Shown here in pieces: positions 42,853 to 53,721 of a stretch of DNA of 64,000 nt. The notes under the pieces are model-generated. The model made no database searches. It saw nothing but the letters and a program-made list of their open reading frames with translations, and was not told the origin of the DNA. The stretch covers positions 165,930 through 229,929 of the forward strand of contig JBEKXL010000002.1 of the NCBI GenBank assembly GCA_049512075.1. Direction: 5' to 3'. Position 1 is the stretch's first letter. Each line of letters begins with the position of its first letter. The DNA is from Candidatus Bathyarchaeia archaeon. GTDB lineage: Archaea; Thermoproteota; Bathyarchaeia; Bathyarchaeales; Bathycorpusculaceae. Both the position numbers and the translations under genes were made by a program.

Positions 42853-43479
42853 ATGCGTATTCTGCTGCTTAGCTGGGAGTATCCGCCCAAACGCCTGGGA
42901 AACATCGCTGACCACGTGAGCACCCTGGCCCATGAGCTTGTCAGTCGAGGAAACGAGGTTGAACTCTTAGTTCTAGACGATTTGAAGCAAGGGGTCGAAG
43001 ATGTTTCCGGCGTCCATGTCCACAGGGTTGCTAACCCCATCAAGACTCACCCGATGGCAAGCATACTCAGTTATGATGTTACAGCTTCGTTGCAGATGGA
43101 AGCTGAATCCTCAAACATCATTTATTTCTATAAACAACTGGGGAAACGTATTGATCTTGTCCATGTTCACGAGTGGCTTACGGCATATCCTGCCATCGTT
43201 CTCAAACACGCTTTTCACATCCCTTTCGTGATGACCTTTCATTCAATCGAAGGGCATAGGTGTCATGACCATTTCAGTGCTGCCAGCTTGGCAATCAAAG
43301 AGATTGAAGACATGGGGATATGGGAATCTAAAACGGTGATCGCCAACACTGACTGGCTGAAAAAGGAGTTATTAAGATATTATGGTGAAGGCCATAACGA
43401 GAAAATAAGGGTAATCTGGCCTATTGGCTCGAACTGGGTTGATGAAGTCATTTCTGTGTACAACAGGGCTGTAGCATGA
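42853..43479 (+). CDS. GT4 N-terminal-domain-only protein
   Basis: WEYPP, HEW, HSIE; no donor-binding domain. Confidence 0.8.
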   Translation: MRILLLSWEYPPKRLGNIADHVSTLAHELVSRGNEVELLVLDDLKQGVEDVSGVHVHRVANPIKTHPMASILSYDVTASLQMEAESSNIIYFYKQLGKRIDLVHVHEWLTAYPAIVLKHAFHIPFVMTFHSIEGHRCHDHFSAASLAIKEIEDMGIWESKTVIANTDWLKKELLRYYGEGHNEKIRVIWPIGSNWVDEVISVYNRAVA

Positions 43480-44685
43480 GTGATGTGGATGCGAGTGCTT
43501 CATCTGTCATGGGAATTTCCTCCCCGAATAATAGGAGGCATAGCAGCACACGTCTTTGATCTATCTAGGGCACTCGCTCGCAGGGGCTTAGAAGTAAATG
43601 TTATGACATGCAACTTTCCTGGTGCGAAGAAGTTCGAGAATATCGACGGGGTTAACGTCAACAGGTTTGAAGCGTATGCCACTGGAGACTCTTTCTTGGG
43701 CTGGGCCCTTCGGATGCAGAAGAACATGGAGATCAGCAGTAGCGACCTGATCACCGGAACTGGAGGATTTGACATAATCCATGCGCACGATTGGCTTTCC
43801 GGCGTCGCCGGCATCGGACTAAAGTACCTGTACAGGAAACCCTTGATTACGACGATGCACAGCACAGAATATGGTAGAAGGACTGGAATTCACAATGATC
43901 TTCAAGCTTCGATTCATGAAATTGAGGGCTGGATCACCTCTGAATCTTGGCGGGTGATCACCTGTTCCTATTACATGCGCAGCCACGTCGCTTGGTGTTT
44001 TCACTTGCCAGAAGGCAAAATATGCGTTATACCCAACGGGGTAGACGTTACAAAATTCAGCTTTACCTTCAATTATTGGGATGTCAGGAATCGATTTGCG
44101 CAAGGATCCGAGAAGGTCTTGCTGTTCGTAGGGAGACTCGTTCCAGAAAAGGGCTTGGACACTCTCATCAACGCGTTACCTATGATCCTTGCTGGAGGTG
44201 TGAATGTCAAACTAGTCGTGGTTGGAGAGGGACCTCAAAAAGAAATGTATCAGGGGATGGCCAGCGATTACGGTCTGCGCGAAAAAGTATTGTTTGCAGG
44301 ATACATTGACGATTGGACTTTGAGAGCCCTGTACCGCGTGGCAGATGTGACTGTGGTTCCATCGAAATTCGAGCCTTTCGGCATAGTGGCGCTGGAAGCC
44401 ATGGCTGCTCATTGTCCCCTGGTGACGACTTCTACCGGTGGACTGAGTGAAATCGTAGATGACGGCGGCACAGGCTTGAAGGTTCCAATAGATGATCCTC
44501 CTGCCTTGGCAAGGGCAATTCTCAGGATTGTGAGGGACGTTGGGTTCAGAAACTATGTAGTTGAGAACGCCTATCAGAAGTGCTTGTGGAACTACAACTG
44601 GGACAAGATCGCGGAATGGACAAGTGGTGTTTACGCTGCAGTTCTGAACGAGTACACTAACGGCGCGTGGAAACCATCTGGCTGA
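43480..44685 (+). CDS. GT4 glycosyltransferase
   Basis: WEFPP, HAHDW, GRLVPEKG, EPFGIVALEAM. Confidence 0.9.
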   Translation: MMWMRVLHLSWEFPPRIIGGIAAHVFDLSRALARRGLEVNVMTCNFPGAKKFENIDGVNVNRFEAYATGDSFLGWALRMQKNMEISSSDLITGTGGFDIIHAHDWLSGVAGIGLKYLYRKPLITTMHSTEYGRRTGIHNDLQASIHEIEGWITSESWRVITCSYYMRSHVAWCFHLPEGKICVIPNGVDVTKFSFTFNYWDVRNRFAQGSEKVLLFVGRLVPEKGLDTLINALPMILAGGVNVKLVVVGEGPQKEMYQGMASDYGLREKVLFAGYIDDWTLRALYRVADVTVVPSKFEPFGIVALEAMAAHCPLVTTSTGGLSEIVDDGGTGLKVPIDDPPALARAILRIVRDVGFRNYVVENAYQKCLWNYNWDKIAEWTSGVYAAVLNEYTNGAWKPSG

Positions 44686-44708
44686 ACGTACAACGCGTCA
44701 GGTCTCCC

Positions 44709-45932
44709 TCAACATTTCTCTTCCATTTTTTGATATGCGAACTTTATCATTCTTTCTCCTTGGTCGAACCAGAAGCTGCTGTTCCAGTACACGTAGCAAC
44801 TAGTCTCAGCCATGAGAAGTGCTTTCAGCGCCTCCTCGCTTCTTGAGGCTTTTGCTTGCGGGTCATGAAATCTGCTACTTAGCTCTTCTATCTTCCTCTT
44901 CATCTCCAACTGTTTGTCTCCACCGTCCCAGTGTGAATGGCTCCCTAACCATGAGCCTCCAATGCCTTGCAGCTCGATCTCATTGTCCGGAGGATATTCT
45001 TTGAGGTACTGAGTAATGGTCATTGAGGAAACTTCGCTGTTCAGTTTTTCATTGAAGAATGGAATGAACGTGTCGGAAAAGAAATGGTTCATCATGACGT
45101 TTCCGTTCTCGCCGTCAGATGCTGGAACGATTAGCGCGGGACACTTTCTACCGGATTTTTCTGAAATGCGTGCGGCTTCGAGGCATTTGTTGTATACTCC
45201 GTTTGCATCGCATCCTGCCTGTTGATCAATAAAATTGTACTTCGGCCTGAAAATCACGGTCATCTCTCCGTCCTCGGTCCTAAGAACGTGGGGCTGGCAG
45301 AAGGTCTCAACGTGTTTTTCGTATGACAAGGTTCTCTCAGCCTTCACAGCTTCGATTGGCAGGATCAGCCAGTCATACCCCCTGCTTTTCAACAACTTCA
45401 CTAGTCTACTCAGTCCTTCAGCAGCTGGAACACCCATCTCCGGTAGCCAGAATCCTTTGACCCTCTTGATCGGTTCGGGACCAAAAAGCGAACAGAATGT
45501 CTTTCTCCAGAAATCGATCTGGTGTTCCCAGTCTTCTTCTGGAGTGACGGGGAAATAACAGTGAGCGTACGCTGTTCCCGAAAACTCCATAGAACTAGGA
45601 AATTCATGAAGGACCTGCGTCCAAAGCTCGATTATGTCTCCTATTACGTTGCCATCCACGTCCATTTGAGAATAGAGCTTCTTCGTTTTCTCGAGATTTT
45701 CAAGGAGAACCCCGGAGAAATCGACTGCAACCCTCGGATGTTTTCCTTCGTCCTCAAGATTTCTGACCCAGAAAGCAGGGTTTCTGTACGCCAATGCCAT
45801 GAGTCTCCCATCCCACTGATCCCTCGAGTCATCAGACCTGAACATTTTTTCCAGATTGCCTATAATCTCATTATCCTCAGCGAACACCATCGGCTGATGC
45901 ATGTGCAACCAGGGCAGGTATACGGCCTTCAT
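44709..45932 (-). CDS. GH57 family glycoside hydrolase
   Basis: HMHQP, GFWLPEM, SDGENG, AETSC. Confidence 0.85.
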   Translation of the reverse strand: MKAVYLPWLHMHQPMVFAEDNEIIGNLEKMFRSDDSRDQWDGRLMALAYRNPAFWVRNLEDEGKHPRVAVDFSGVLLENLEKTKKLYSQMDVDGNVIGDIIELWTQVLHEFPSSMEFSGTAYAHCYFPVTPEEDWEHQIDFWRKTFCSLFGPEPIKRVKGFWLPEMGVPAAEGLSRLVKLLKSRGYDWLILPIEAVKAERTLSYEKHVETFCQPHVLRTEDGEMTVIFRPKYNFIDQQAGCDANGVYNKCLEAARISEKSGRKCPALIVPASDGENGNVMMNHFFSDTFIPFFNEKLNSEVSSMTITQYLKEYPPDNEIELQGIGGSWLGSHSHWDGGDKQLEMKRKIEELSSRFHDPQAKASRSEEALKALLMAETSCYVYWNSSFWFDQGERMIKFAYQKMEEKC

Positions 45933-46088
45933 ATCTAAGCCCAGCTAAGTTAAGAATCCAAAATATAATGCTTTAGAAACAAATCCAGCAAACTCTGCAT
46001 CAGAAACAGAAAAAGAAGGAATGTGCGGAAGTAGTCACGAATAGAAGTGGAGATAGTCAATGTTGTTGCGATGGCCGCTCTCAATCAA

Positions 46089-46234
46089 AGCGCGCGCGGA
46101 ACATGGTGCACTATATGAAAAATTCATCTGATGAAGGCCTGAATCTGGGTTTCGCTGTAAAGAATTCTTCACAAAAGCGCGCGCGATTTTCTCAGTTGTC
46201 CTTGCCATTGCCTTGCTAACAACCAGCGCGCGCG
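46089..46234 (+). repeat. Three AGCGCGCGCG 10-mers separated by unique 77- and 39-nt segments
   Basis: Copies at 46089-46098, 46176-46185 and 46225-46234. Confidence 0.8.
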
Positions 46235-46258
46235 ACATTCGGGAAATTTTAGGAGGAT

Positions 46259-47029
46259 TCATTTTGTGCTGTTTTCAATCCGTGATTTTGAATCCGTACG
46301 AGGTTTTATGCTTCCTTTCAATACGTAAATAACCCAAGGGGCAATCTTTGTTTCATTGATCCATTCATACGGCTCATCCTCTTTGGCTAACGGTTTGTAA
46401 GTCTCGACTAATTCTAGTCCAGCCCTCTTGAAAGTCTCTTGGTAATATTCATCGGTCCAAACAATATCTTCTACGGGCCTCTTGTCCTCTATGTCTTTTT
46501 GAATTATCCTCACTTTGTCTCCGCTTCTAGCACGTCTATTCTCAGGGTAGTCCTTGGTAGAAAATGATGTCCATTCATGGACGTATATTTCTGGTGAAGA
46601 GACTACGTTTACTAACCTTCCTTCGTTGTTCAGTAGCCTTCTGATTTCTGTGAAATTCTTGACTTTCTTTTCTATCGTTGGTATATTGTCAAACGTGAAT
46701 ACGGAGAGTGCAAGATCGTAGGCGTTATTTTTGAACTGGCTGAAGTCGCCTTCTTCAATGAGACGATAATCTCCTTTGGGATCTATTTCTCTTGCCTTTT
46801 TTATCATGTCCTGTGATATGTCTACGCCGACGGCACTGAACCCGAGTTTTTGCAGAAACCTTGTGGAACGTCCCGCGCCGCACCCGAAGTCTATCGCCTT
46901 TCTTGCCTTAACGTGTTTAAATATGATTTCAGGTAAATCCCTGTATGCCAAGTAATACGTGCCGGGAAACTCCAGTTTGGCGTAGGCTTCTGCACGCTTA
47001 GGATCCTCGTAAGAATTGGAGAATTCCAT
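46259..47029 (-). CDS. Class I SAM-dependent methyltransferase
   Basis: IDFGCGAG, GVDIS. Confidence 0.88.
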   Translation of the reverse strand: MEFSNSYEDPKRAEAYAKLEFPGTYYLAYRDLPEIIFKHVKARKAIDFGCGAGRSTRFLQKLGFSAVGVDISQDMIKKAREIDPKGDYRLIEEGDFSQFKNNAYDLALSVFTFDNIPTIEKKVKNFTEIRRLLNNEGRLVNVVSSPEIYVHEWTSFSTKDYPENRRARSGDKVRIIQKDIEDKRPVEDIVWTDEYYQETFKRAGLELVETYKPLAKEDEPYEWINETKIAPWVIYVLKGSIKPRTDSKSRIENSTK

Positions 47030-47261
47030 GATTCTATTCTTTTTTCTCGCTATTTATTCCTTCATGCTTGAATGCCAGCCAGTCAGAGCACGGCGCGTTT
47101 TCCTTTTTGTGCTATTTTCAGTGCTGATAAGCTAGCGCGCGATCCAACAGCACCATGGCCCACGGAATCTGCAGAACGCTTGAAAGCATTTGCTTCTGCG
47201 AACAGTTAATCTTAAACGTTGCAGTATGAAACAATAACTGCATTACTTAAGGTGAACGAAC

Positions 47262-47672
47262 ATGGTGAAAGTAGATGGATACGAAGTGCCTGAAGGATTA
47301 TACTACACAAAAGAGTTCGAATGGCTAAAAATCGAGGGCGACAAAGTCAGGGTGGGCGTAACAGACTACGCTCAGAAACAATTGCGAGAAATCGTCTACG
47401 CGGAACTACCCGCTCCGGGAGGAACAATAAAACAGAATGACCCCTACGGCACGGTGGAATCTGTCAAAGCCGTATCAGACCTCGTAGCACCGATAAGCGG
47501 AACCATAGAGCAGGTGAACGCAGAAGTCCAGTCAAAACCCGAGCTGCTGAACGAAGACCCCTACAACAAGGGATGGCTGCTGATCGTGAAGCCTTCAAAC
47601 CTCCAAGCAGAACTTCCCAATCTTATGGACTTCAACAAAGCAGTTGAATGGCACAAAGCTCTTAAAAAGTGA
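47262..47672 (+). CDS. gcvH: Glycine cleavage H-protein / lipoyl carrier
   Basis: GVTDYAQ, VESVKAVSD (lipoyl Lys), LNEDPY..GW. Confidence 0.93.
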   Translation: MVKVDGYEVPEGLYYTKEFEWLKIEGDKVRVGVTDYAQKQLREIVYAELPAPGGTIKQNDPYGTVESVKAVSDLVAPISGTIEQVNAEVQSKPELLNEDPYNKGWLLIVKPSNLQAELPNLMDFNKAVEWHKALKK

Positions 47673-49030
47673 AGGAAGAGCAAATGCCTAAACGCATAGT
47701 AATCATCGGCGCACACGCAGCTGGTGTTGATGCAGCCTCTGCAGCCAGAAAGACGGATCGCACTGCAGAGATCACGCTTTTGACTGAAGAAAAATATCCA
47801 GGCTACTCGCGTTGCGGTCTTCCTTTCGTAATTGGCGGTCAGATACCAAACTTTAAAGATCTAATCGTTTTTCCGCAAGGCTTCTTCCAGATGATGAAGC
47901 TGGACCTCAGAACCGAAACCAAGGCTACAGCTTTAAGCACTCAGAACAAAACAGTCGAAACCATGGACAAGAACGGCAAAGCCGAAACCGTACCGTACGA
48001 CAGCCTCATCATATCCACGGGAGCAACCTCTTTCATACCGCCCATAAAGGGGAAAGAAAAACAGGGCATATGTTCACTTCGAACACTTGACGACGGCGAA
48101 AGAATAGCCAACGCAGTCAAGAACGGGGCAAAAACCGCGATAATCATGGGAGCCGGCCTGATAGGCCTTGAAACAGGCATCGCCCTCCACGAGAAAGGGT
48201 TGAAAGTAACAGTTGTCGAGATGTTGCCCCAAGTCCTACCGCAGGCCCTTGATGTTGAAATGGCAAAAATGATCCAGGAAAAGCTTGAACAAAAAGGAAT
48301 AACCATCCTAACAGGTAAGACGGTGGAAGAATTTGTTGGAACCGACACCGTGACGGGCATCCTTGCTGGAGGCGAACAGATCAACGCAGACCTGTTCGTG
48401 AGCGCGTTCGGAGTGAGAGCAAACACTCAACTCGCCGCTAACGCTGGAATAACCTTGGGAGAGACAAAAGCCATAAAGACCAACGCGCGGATGGAAACAA
48501 GTGCCAAAGACGTTTACGCAATAGGTGACTGCGCAGAAACGATAAACATAGCAACTCAGAGACCGTGCCTACCGCAGCTGGGCACAGTGGCCGTGAGACA
48601 GGGAAAAGTTGCGGGAACCAATGCAGCAGGCGGTTACTCGCTCTTCACAGGAGCACTAGGCTCCGCCGTTTCAAGATTGTTTGACACCGATTGCGGCTGG
48701 ACGGGGCTTACTGAGGTTGCAGCCCAGAGGGCCAGACTTGAAACCGTAGCGGGTACGATTACTTCAAAGACGAGAGCTGATTATTATCCGGGGGCTCTGC
48801 CAATAAAAGTCAAGCTCGTGGTCGAGAAGGAGTCTCAGCGGATAATTGGGGCTCAAATAATCGGCGGAGAAGAAGTGACTCAGAGGATCAACGCTATATC
48901 GTTGGCCATACAGAGACAAATGACTGCGAGAGATCTTGTGAAGGCAGACACTGCTTATGCGCCTCCGCTTTGCGAGACTTGGGAACCGATAGTCTTGGCG
49001 GCTGAAATGGTTCTGATGAAGCTCCGCTGA
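47669..49030 (+). CDS. CoA-disulfide reductase / NADH oxidase family flavoprotein
   Basis: IIGAHAAG, single-Cys YSRCGLP, GAGLIGLE, YAIGDC, YAPP. Confidence 0.85.
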   Translation: MKEEQMPKRIVIIGAHAAGVDAASAARKTDRTAEITLLTEEKYPGYSRCGLPFVIGGQIPNFKDLIVFPQGFFQMMKLDLRTETKATALSTQNKTVETMDKNGKAETVPYDSLIISTGATSFIPPIKGKEKQGICSLRTLDDGERIANAVKNGAKTAIIMGAGLIGLETGIALHEKGLKVTVVEMLPQVLPQALDVEMAKMIQEKLEQKGITILTGKTVEEFVGTDTVTGILAGGEQINADLFVSAFGVRANTQLAANAGITLGETKAIKTNARMETSAKDVYAIGDCAETINIATQRPCLPQLGTVAVRQGKVAGTNAAGGYSLFTGALGSAVSRLFDTDCGWTGLTEVAAQRARLETVAGTITSKTRADYYPGALPIKVKLVVEKESQRIIGAQIIGGEEVTQRINAISLAIQRQMTARDLVKADTAYAPPLCETWEPIVLAAEMVLMKLR

Positions 49031-49123
49031 GAACCACCCATTTCTTAATAAAAAAAAGCGGCTATGTAAAGCCTTGGATTGATGGAGTTCGTGTTAAGCA
49101 TTTGCGCGACTCGGGCAAATTGA

Positions 49124-50233
<1,110 letters not shown>

Positions 50234-50302
50234 CCCGAACATAAAGAGTGAAACCAAAAAACACTCATCGCCATTTTTCTGTATTGTTAGGAGTAGGATA
50301 AC

Positions 50303-51532
50303 ATGCCGAAGTTCCTTACGCTGGATGATGTGAAAGTCAAGGACAAGGTCGTGCTGGTAAGAGTTGACTTCAACTCGGCAATTGACCCGAAAACCCACAA
50401 GATCTTGGAAGACGCGAGAATTCGCGCCCACGCTGAAACGACGATAAAAGAGCTTTCTGAGAAGGGTGCAAAAGTCGTTATCCTGGCGCATCAGGGACGC
50501 AAGGGAGACCCAGACTTTATCCCCTTGAAGCAACACGCTGAACTCCTGGGCAAAATCCTGAAGAAACCAGTCAGGTATGTTGACGATCTTTACGGAGAAA
50601 AAGCCAAGAACGCAATTAACAGCTTGAAGAGCGGTGAAATCCTCGTCCTGGAGAACGTGAGGACGTTTGCGGGTGAAACCAAGGACGGGACTCCGGAAGA
50701 ACATGCCAAAACAGAGCTTGTTAAGAACCTTGCTCCGTTGGCGGATGTTTTCGTGAACGATGCTTTCGCAGCCGCGCACAGGGCACACGTGTCAATGGTA
50801 GGCTTTACGGCGGTGTTGCCGAGTGTTGCGGGACGTATAATGGAGCGGGAACTGAAGTCGCTAGGCAAGGTGTTGGAAAACCCGGAGAAACCATGCATAT
50901 TCATACTTGGAGGCGCCAAGGCAGACGACTCCCTTGAAATATCAAAATACGTGCTGGACAAGGAAATAGCGAACTACGTGCTCACAGGAGGAGTCGTAGG
51001 TCAAGTGTTCTTGGCGGCAAAAGGCGTGGACCTGGGCAAACCAAACATGGACTACCTTGAGAAGAAAGAGCTCATGAGTTTCTTGCCCGGCATAAAGGCA
51101 CTCATCCAAAAGTATCCAGACAGGATCAAGACTCCGTTGGACATGGCCGTTGAAGTGAAGGGCAAAAGGAAAGAGATATCCGTCGACGAACTGCCGACAG
51201 AATACCCAACATATGACATCGGAGCAAAAACAGTTGACGACTACGCCAAGATCATAAGAAAAGCGAAATCAATCGTCATCAGCGGGCCAATGGGAGTCTA
51301 TGAAAACAAGGAATTCAGCTTTGGAACAAAGAAAATCCTTGAAGAAATTGCGAATTCAAAGGCATTCTCTCTGGCTGGAGGAGGACACACGATATCAGCT
51401 ATAGAAGAATTCGGATTGACAAAGAAAATCTCATACATCAGCACAGCCGGCGGAGCATTGATAGAGTTTCTGATGGGCAAAAAGCTTCCAGGCGTCGTCG
51501 CACTGGAAAAAGCCGCGGCCAGAACAGCTTGA
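50303..51532 (+). CDS. pgk: Phosphoglycerate kinase
   Basis: RVDFNS, AHQGR, LENVR, NDAFAAAHR, GGAK, STAGGA. Confidence 0.95.
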   Translation: MPKFLTLDDVKVKDKVVLVRVDFNSAIDPKTHKILEDARIRAHAETTIKELSEKGAKVVILAHQGRKGDPDFIPLKQHAELLGKILKKPVRYVDDLYGEKAKNAINSLKSGEILVLENVRTFAGETKDGTPEEHAKTELVKNLAPLADVFVNDAFAAAHRAHVSMVGFTAVLPSVAGRIMERELKSLGKVLENPEKPCIFILGGAKADDSLEISKYVLDKEIANYVLTGGVVGQVFLAAKGVDLGKPNMDYLEKKELMSFLPGIKALIQKYPDRIKTPLDMAVEVKGKRKEISVDELPTEYPTYDIGAKTVDDYAKIIRKAKSIVISGPMGVYENKEFSFGTKKILEEIANSKAFSLAGGGHTISAIEEFGLTKKISYISTAGGALIEFLMGKKLPGVVALEKAAARTA

Positions 51533-51688
51533 CGTCACGTACCGTTTCCAACTAGCGGGCAGTGCTCCAAAGCCCAATCTTCGAGGATTACGCCGAAAAT
51601 ACCGACCAGTATCGGAGCTCCGATGAGATTCTCAACCGAAACAAACTGCAAAAGAACCCTCCGCGCGCGCTAAAGACTGCGTGGCGCT

Positions 51689-53620
51689 CTAGCTGTCTTC
51701 CAAGAATCCTGTTAGGAACACGGCGTATTCGCAGGGGTGCTCGTTCTTCAGTAGAGACTTGATGATTTTTATTTTGGCTTTCTTTCCGTGTGAAACTCTG
51801 GAGATGATGTAGTCCAAGGTTTTCTTTCGGACACTGCAGAGCCATGTTTTCTGGCCTGACTTGACGAGTGTGTAGTAGGGGCATGTTTTGTACTTGAGTG
51901 TGAAGCCTCCTTCAAAGTATTCAACTTCGACCTCAACGTCGAGTTCCCTGTACATATCGATTATCCTATCGCCAACTTCTCTAATTGTCCATGGATAGTC
52001 TTCGGGGAAGGTTTCATCAATGGGTTCCTTTATCATTTCGAAAGCTTCATCAGCACAGCTTGCCGACATTTCATCTATCAAGGCCTTCATCATTTTTTTG
52101 CGAGGTACGGATTCAAGAACCGGTTTTTCCAGCTGCTTAAGCTTGAAGCTTAGAAGGTTTTGGAAGACCGTTGTGGAGATGTCGTAGCCGAGCTCCTTGA
52201 ACATGGACTCGATGAGTGCGCGTTGACTGTTCATTGCGAGCAGGTCGATCTTCTTGAAGATTATCGTGAAATGTTCGCTGTCGACAAATCGGATTTCTGC
52301 TTCAGGCTGGGCGAACGCTGCGTTCTTGGAGATGTAGGTTTGTGCCAGTTTTCTCATTTTTTCCGTGTCGTCTCTTGCCATCATCCGTATAGCATTTGCT
52401 ACGCGAACACCCATCGTGTGGTAAATCTCGTTGAATTTCTCCTTGTTGCTGTCGTACACCTTGGAAGCGAACGAGTTGAAGAGTTCGCGCGGGACTGGGA
52501 TGGCGTCCAGGAACTGCTTGCCGATTGTTTGATACAGGCTGACCTCGACTATCTGGTCCATTAGGCTGGAGTCTCCTGAGCCCACGTACTGTATCGAGAT
52601 GTTGGCCGTGGTTTGTTCTGCTGAAAATTTGACCAGTTTCCAGCCTCGGGTTGCGAGGAGAACGGAGAGCATGACGACGGAGAGTTTCGTCACCGATGGG
52701 GTGGTGGATTGAAACGAGACCTCCAGGGTGTTGTCAGTCTCTTGCAGTATCTTTGCTTGCTTGAACCAATTCATATTAATGAAGCCGAACAACAGACTTT
52801 TCACGAATTCTTTTGGTTCTTTCGGGAGTTCTCCCAAGTCTGTGGCGACTCTGACGTCTTCAAGGAATGCGCCGAAATCGGATATTGGTTCCTCAAGGTG
52901 TTTTTCAGCCCAGTTCATGAAAGCAGGTCCGACCAGCATAAGCGTGTTTCTGAAAAGCCCTGGAGTGGAGTTAAGCAGCCGCTTTTCGATTTGTTCGCTC
53001 AGGGATTCTCTGAAGTCTCTCTTCTTAATGAGGTAAAGGTCTTCTCTGGTCATTTTGATCACGATGTCTTCTCCCATGACCCGCATGTCGAATGGAATTT
53101 GCAAGCCTTCAAGGACGGTTGCTATCTGGAAGGCGGCGACCTCTGGCAGCCGCTTGAAAACTCTTGTTCTCAAGATTATGGTGTTGTCTAATTCATTGAA
53201 TGATGCAATGTCGATGAGTCTGGTGAGATTCTTTATCTCTTCCAGAATAATCATGAATTCTTTGAAGCTTGAGGGCTTTCGCCAAGCAACAGAGCCTTTC
53301 AGGATTTCGACAGTGTTCTTTGCTTCTGCTTTCTGCCCAGCGACGAAGTCTTTCATCGTCTTGTTGCCGATTGCTACTTCCAAAAGACTGTCGATGGTAC
53401 GCTTGTCAATAGACATGAGGTCCAGCGCTTCTCTGAGATTTGTCTGCTCTTTCATCTTTGTCCTCACTGCACAATCGTCGCAGGAACCGACTTTTTCCAC
53501 TCTTAGCAGCGTCTCTATCGCTTGTTCAAGAACGTGGCTTTTGGTACCGTAAGTCTTTGCCAGTTCTTCGAGCATTTCGTCTGTCTTTCTTGTTATCGTG
53601 GTGTGGAGATGAACCGACAT
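51689..53620 (-). CDS. Large putative regulator: N-terminal ribbon-helix-helix plus V4R/HNOB-like domains
   Basis: HLHTTIT..LEELAK..KSHVLEQAI (RHH pattern), CDDC, C-terminal CPY..LC..PCEY. Confidence 0.55.
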   Translation of the reverse strand: MSVHLHTTITRKTDEMLEELAKTYGTKSHVLEQAIETLLRVEKVGSCDDCAVRTKMKEQTNLREALDLMSIDKRTIDSLLEVAIGNKTMKDFVAGQKAEAKNTVEILKGSVAWRKPSSFKEFMIILEEIKNLTRLIDIASFNELDNTIILRTRVFKRLPEVAAFQIATVLEGLQIPFDMRVMGEDIVIKMTREDLYLIKKRDFRESLSEQIEKRLLNSTPGLFRNTLMLVGPAFMNWAEKHLEEPISDFGAFLEDVRVATDLGELPKEPKEFVKSLLFGFINMNWFKQAKILQETDNTLEVSFQSTTPSVTKLSVVMLSVLLATRGWKLVKFSAEQTTANISIQYVGSGDSSLMDQIVEVSLYQTIGKQFLDAIPVPRELFNSFASKVYDSNKEKFNEIYHTMGVRVANAIRMMARDDTEKMRKLAQTYISKNAAFAQPEAEIRFVDSEHFTIIFKKIDLLAMNSQRALIESMFKELGYDISTTVFQNLLSFKLKQLEKPVLESVPRKKMMKALIDEMSASCADEAFEMIKEPIDETFPEDYPWTIREVGDRIIDMYRELDVEVEVEYFEGGFTLKYKTCPYYTLVKSGQKTWLCSVRKKTLDYIISRVSHGKKAKIKIIKSLLKNEHPCEYAVFLTGFLEDS

Positions 53621-53661
53621 TCTCTCACAGTTCTATGCTCTGCGCTTGTCTCTTTTAAGTC

Positions 53662-53692
53662 ATGTTCAACAAGAAGCAGGATATGTACATAG
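53662..53692. promoter_or_regulatory. Bipartite operator candidate upstream of the RHH gene
   Basis: ATGTTCAA-N12-TATGTACATAG; same motif and spacing at 55545. Confidence 0.55.
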
Positions 53693-53721
53693 GAACCAAA
53701 AAAAGAAACAGGGGAATGAGG

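Noticed and set aside
51560-51671. Hydrophobic reading-frame fragment ending at CGCGCGCGCT as another gene remnant
   Set aside because: Plausible, but I cannot assign it to any family, so it was not counted as evidence.
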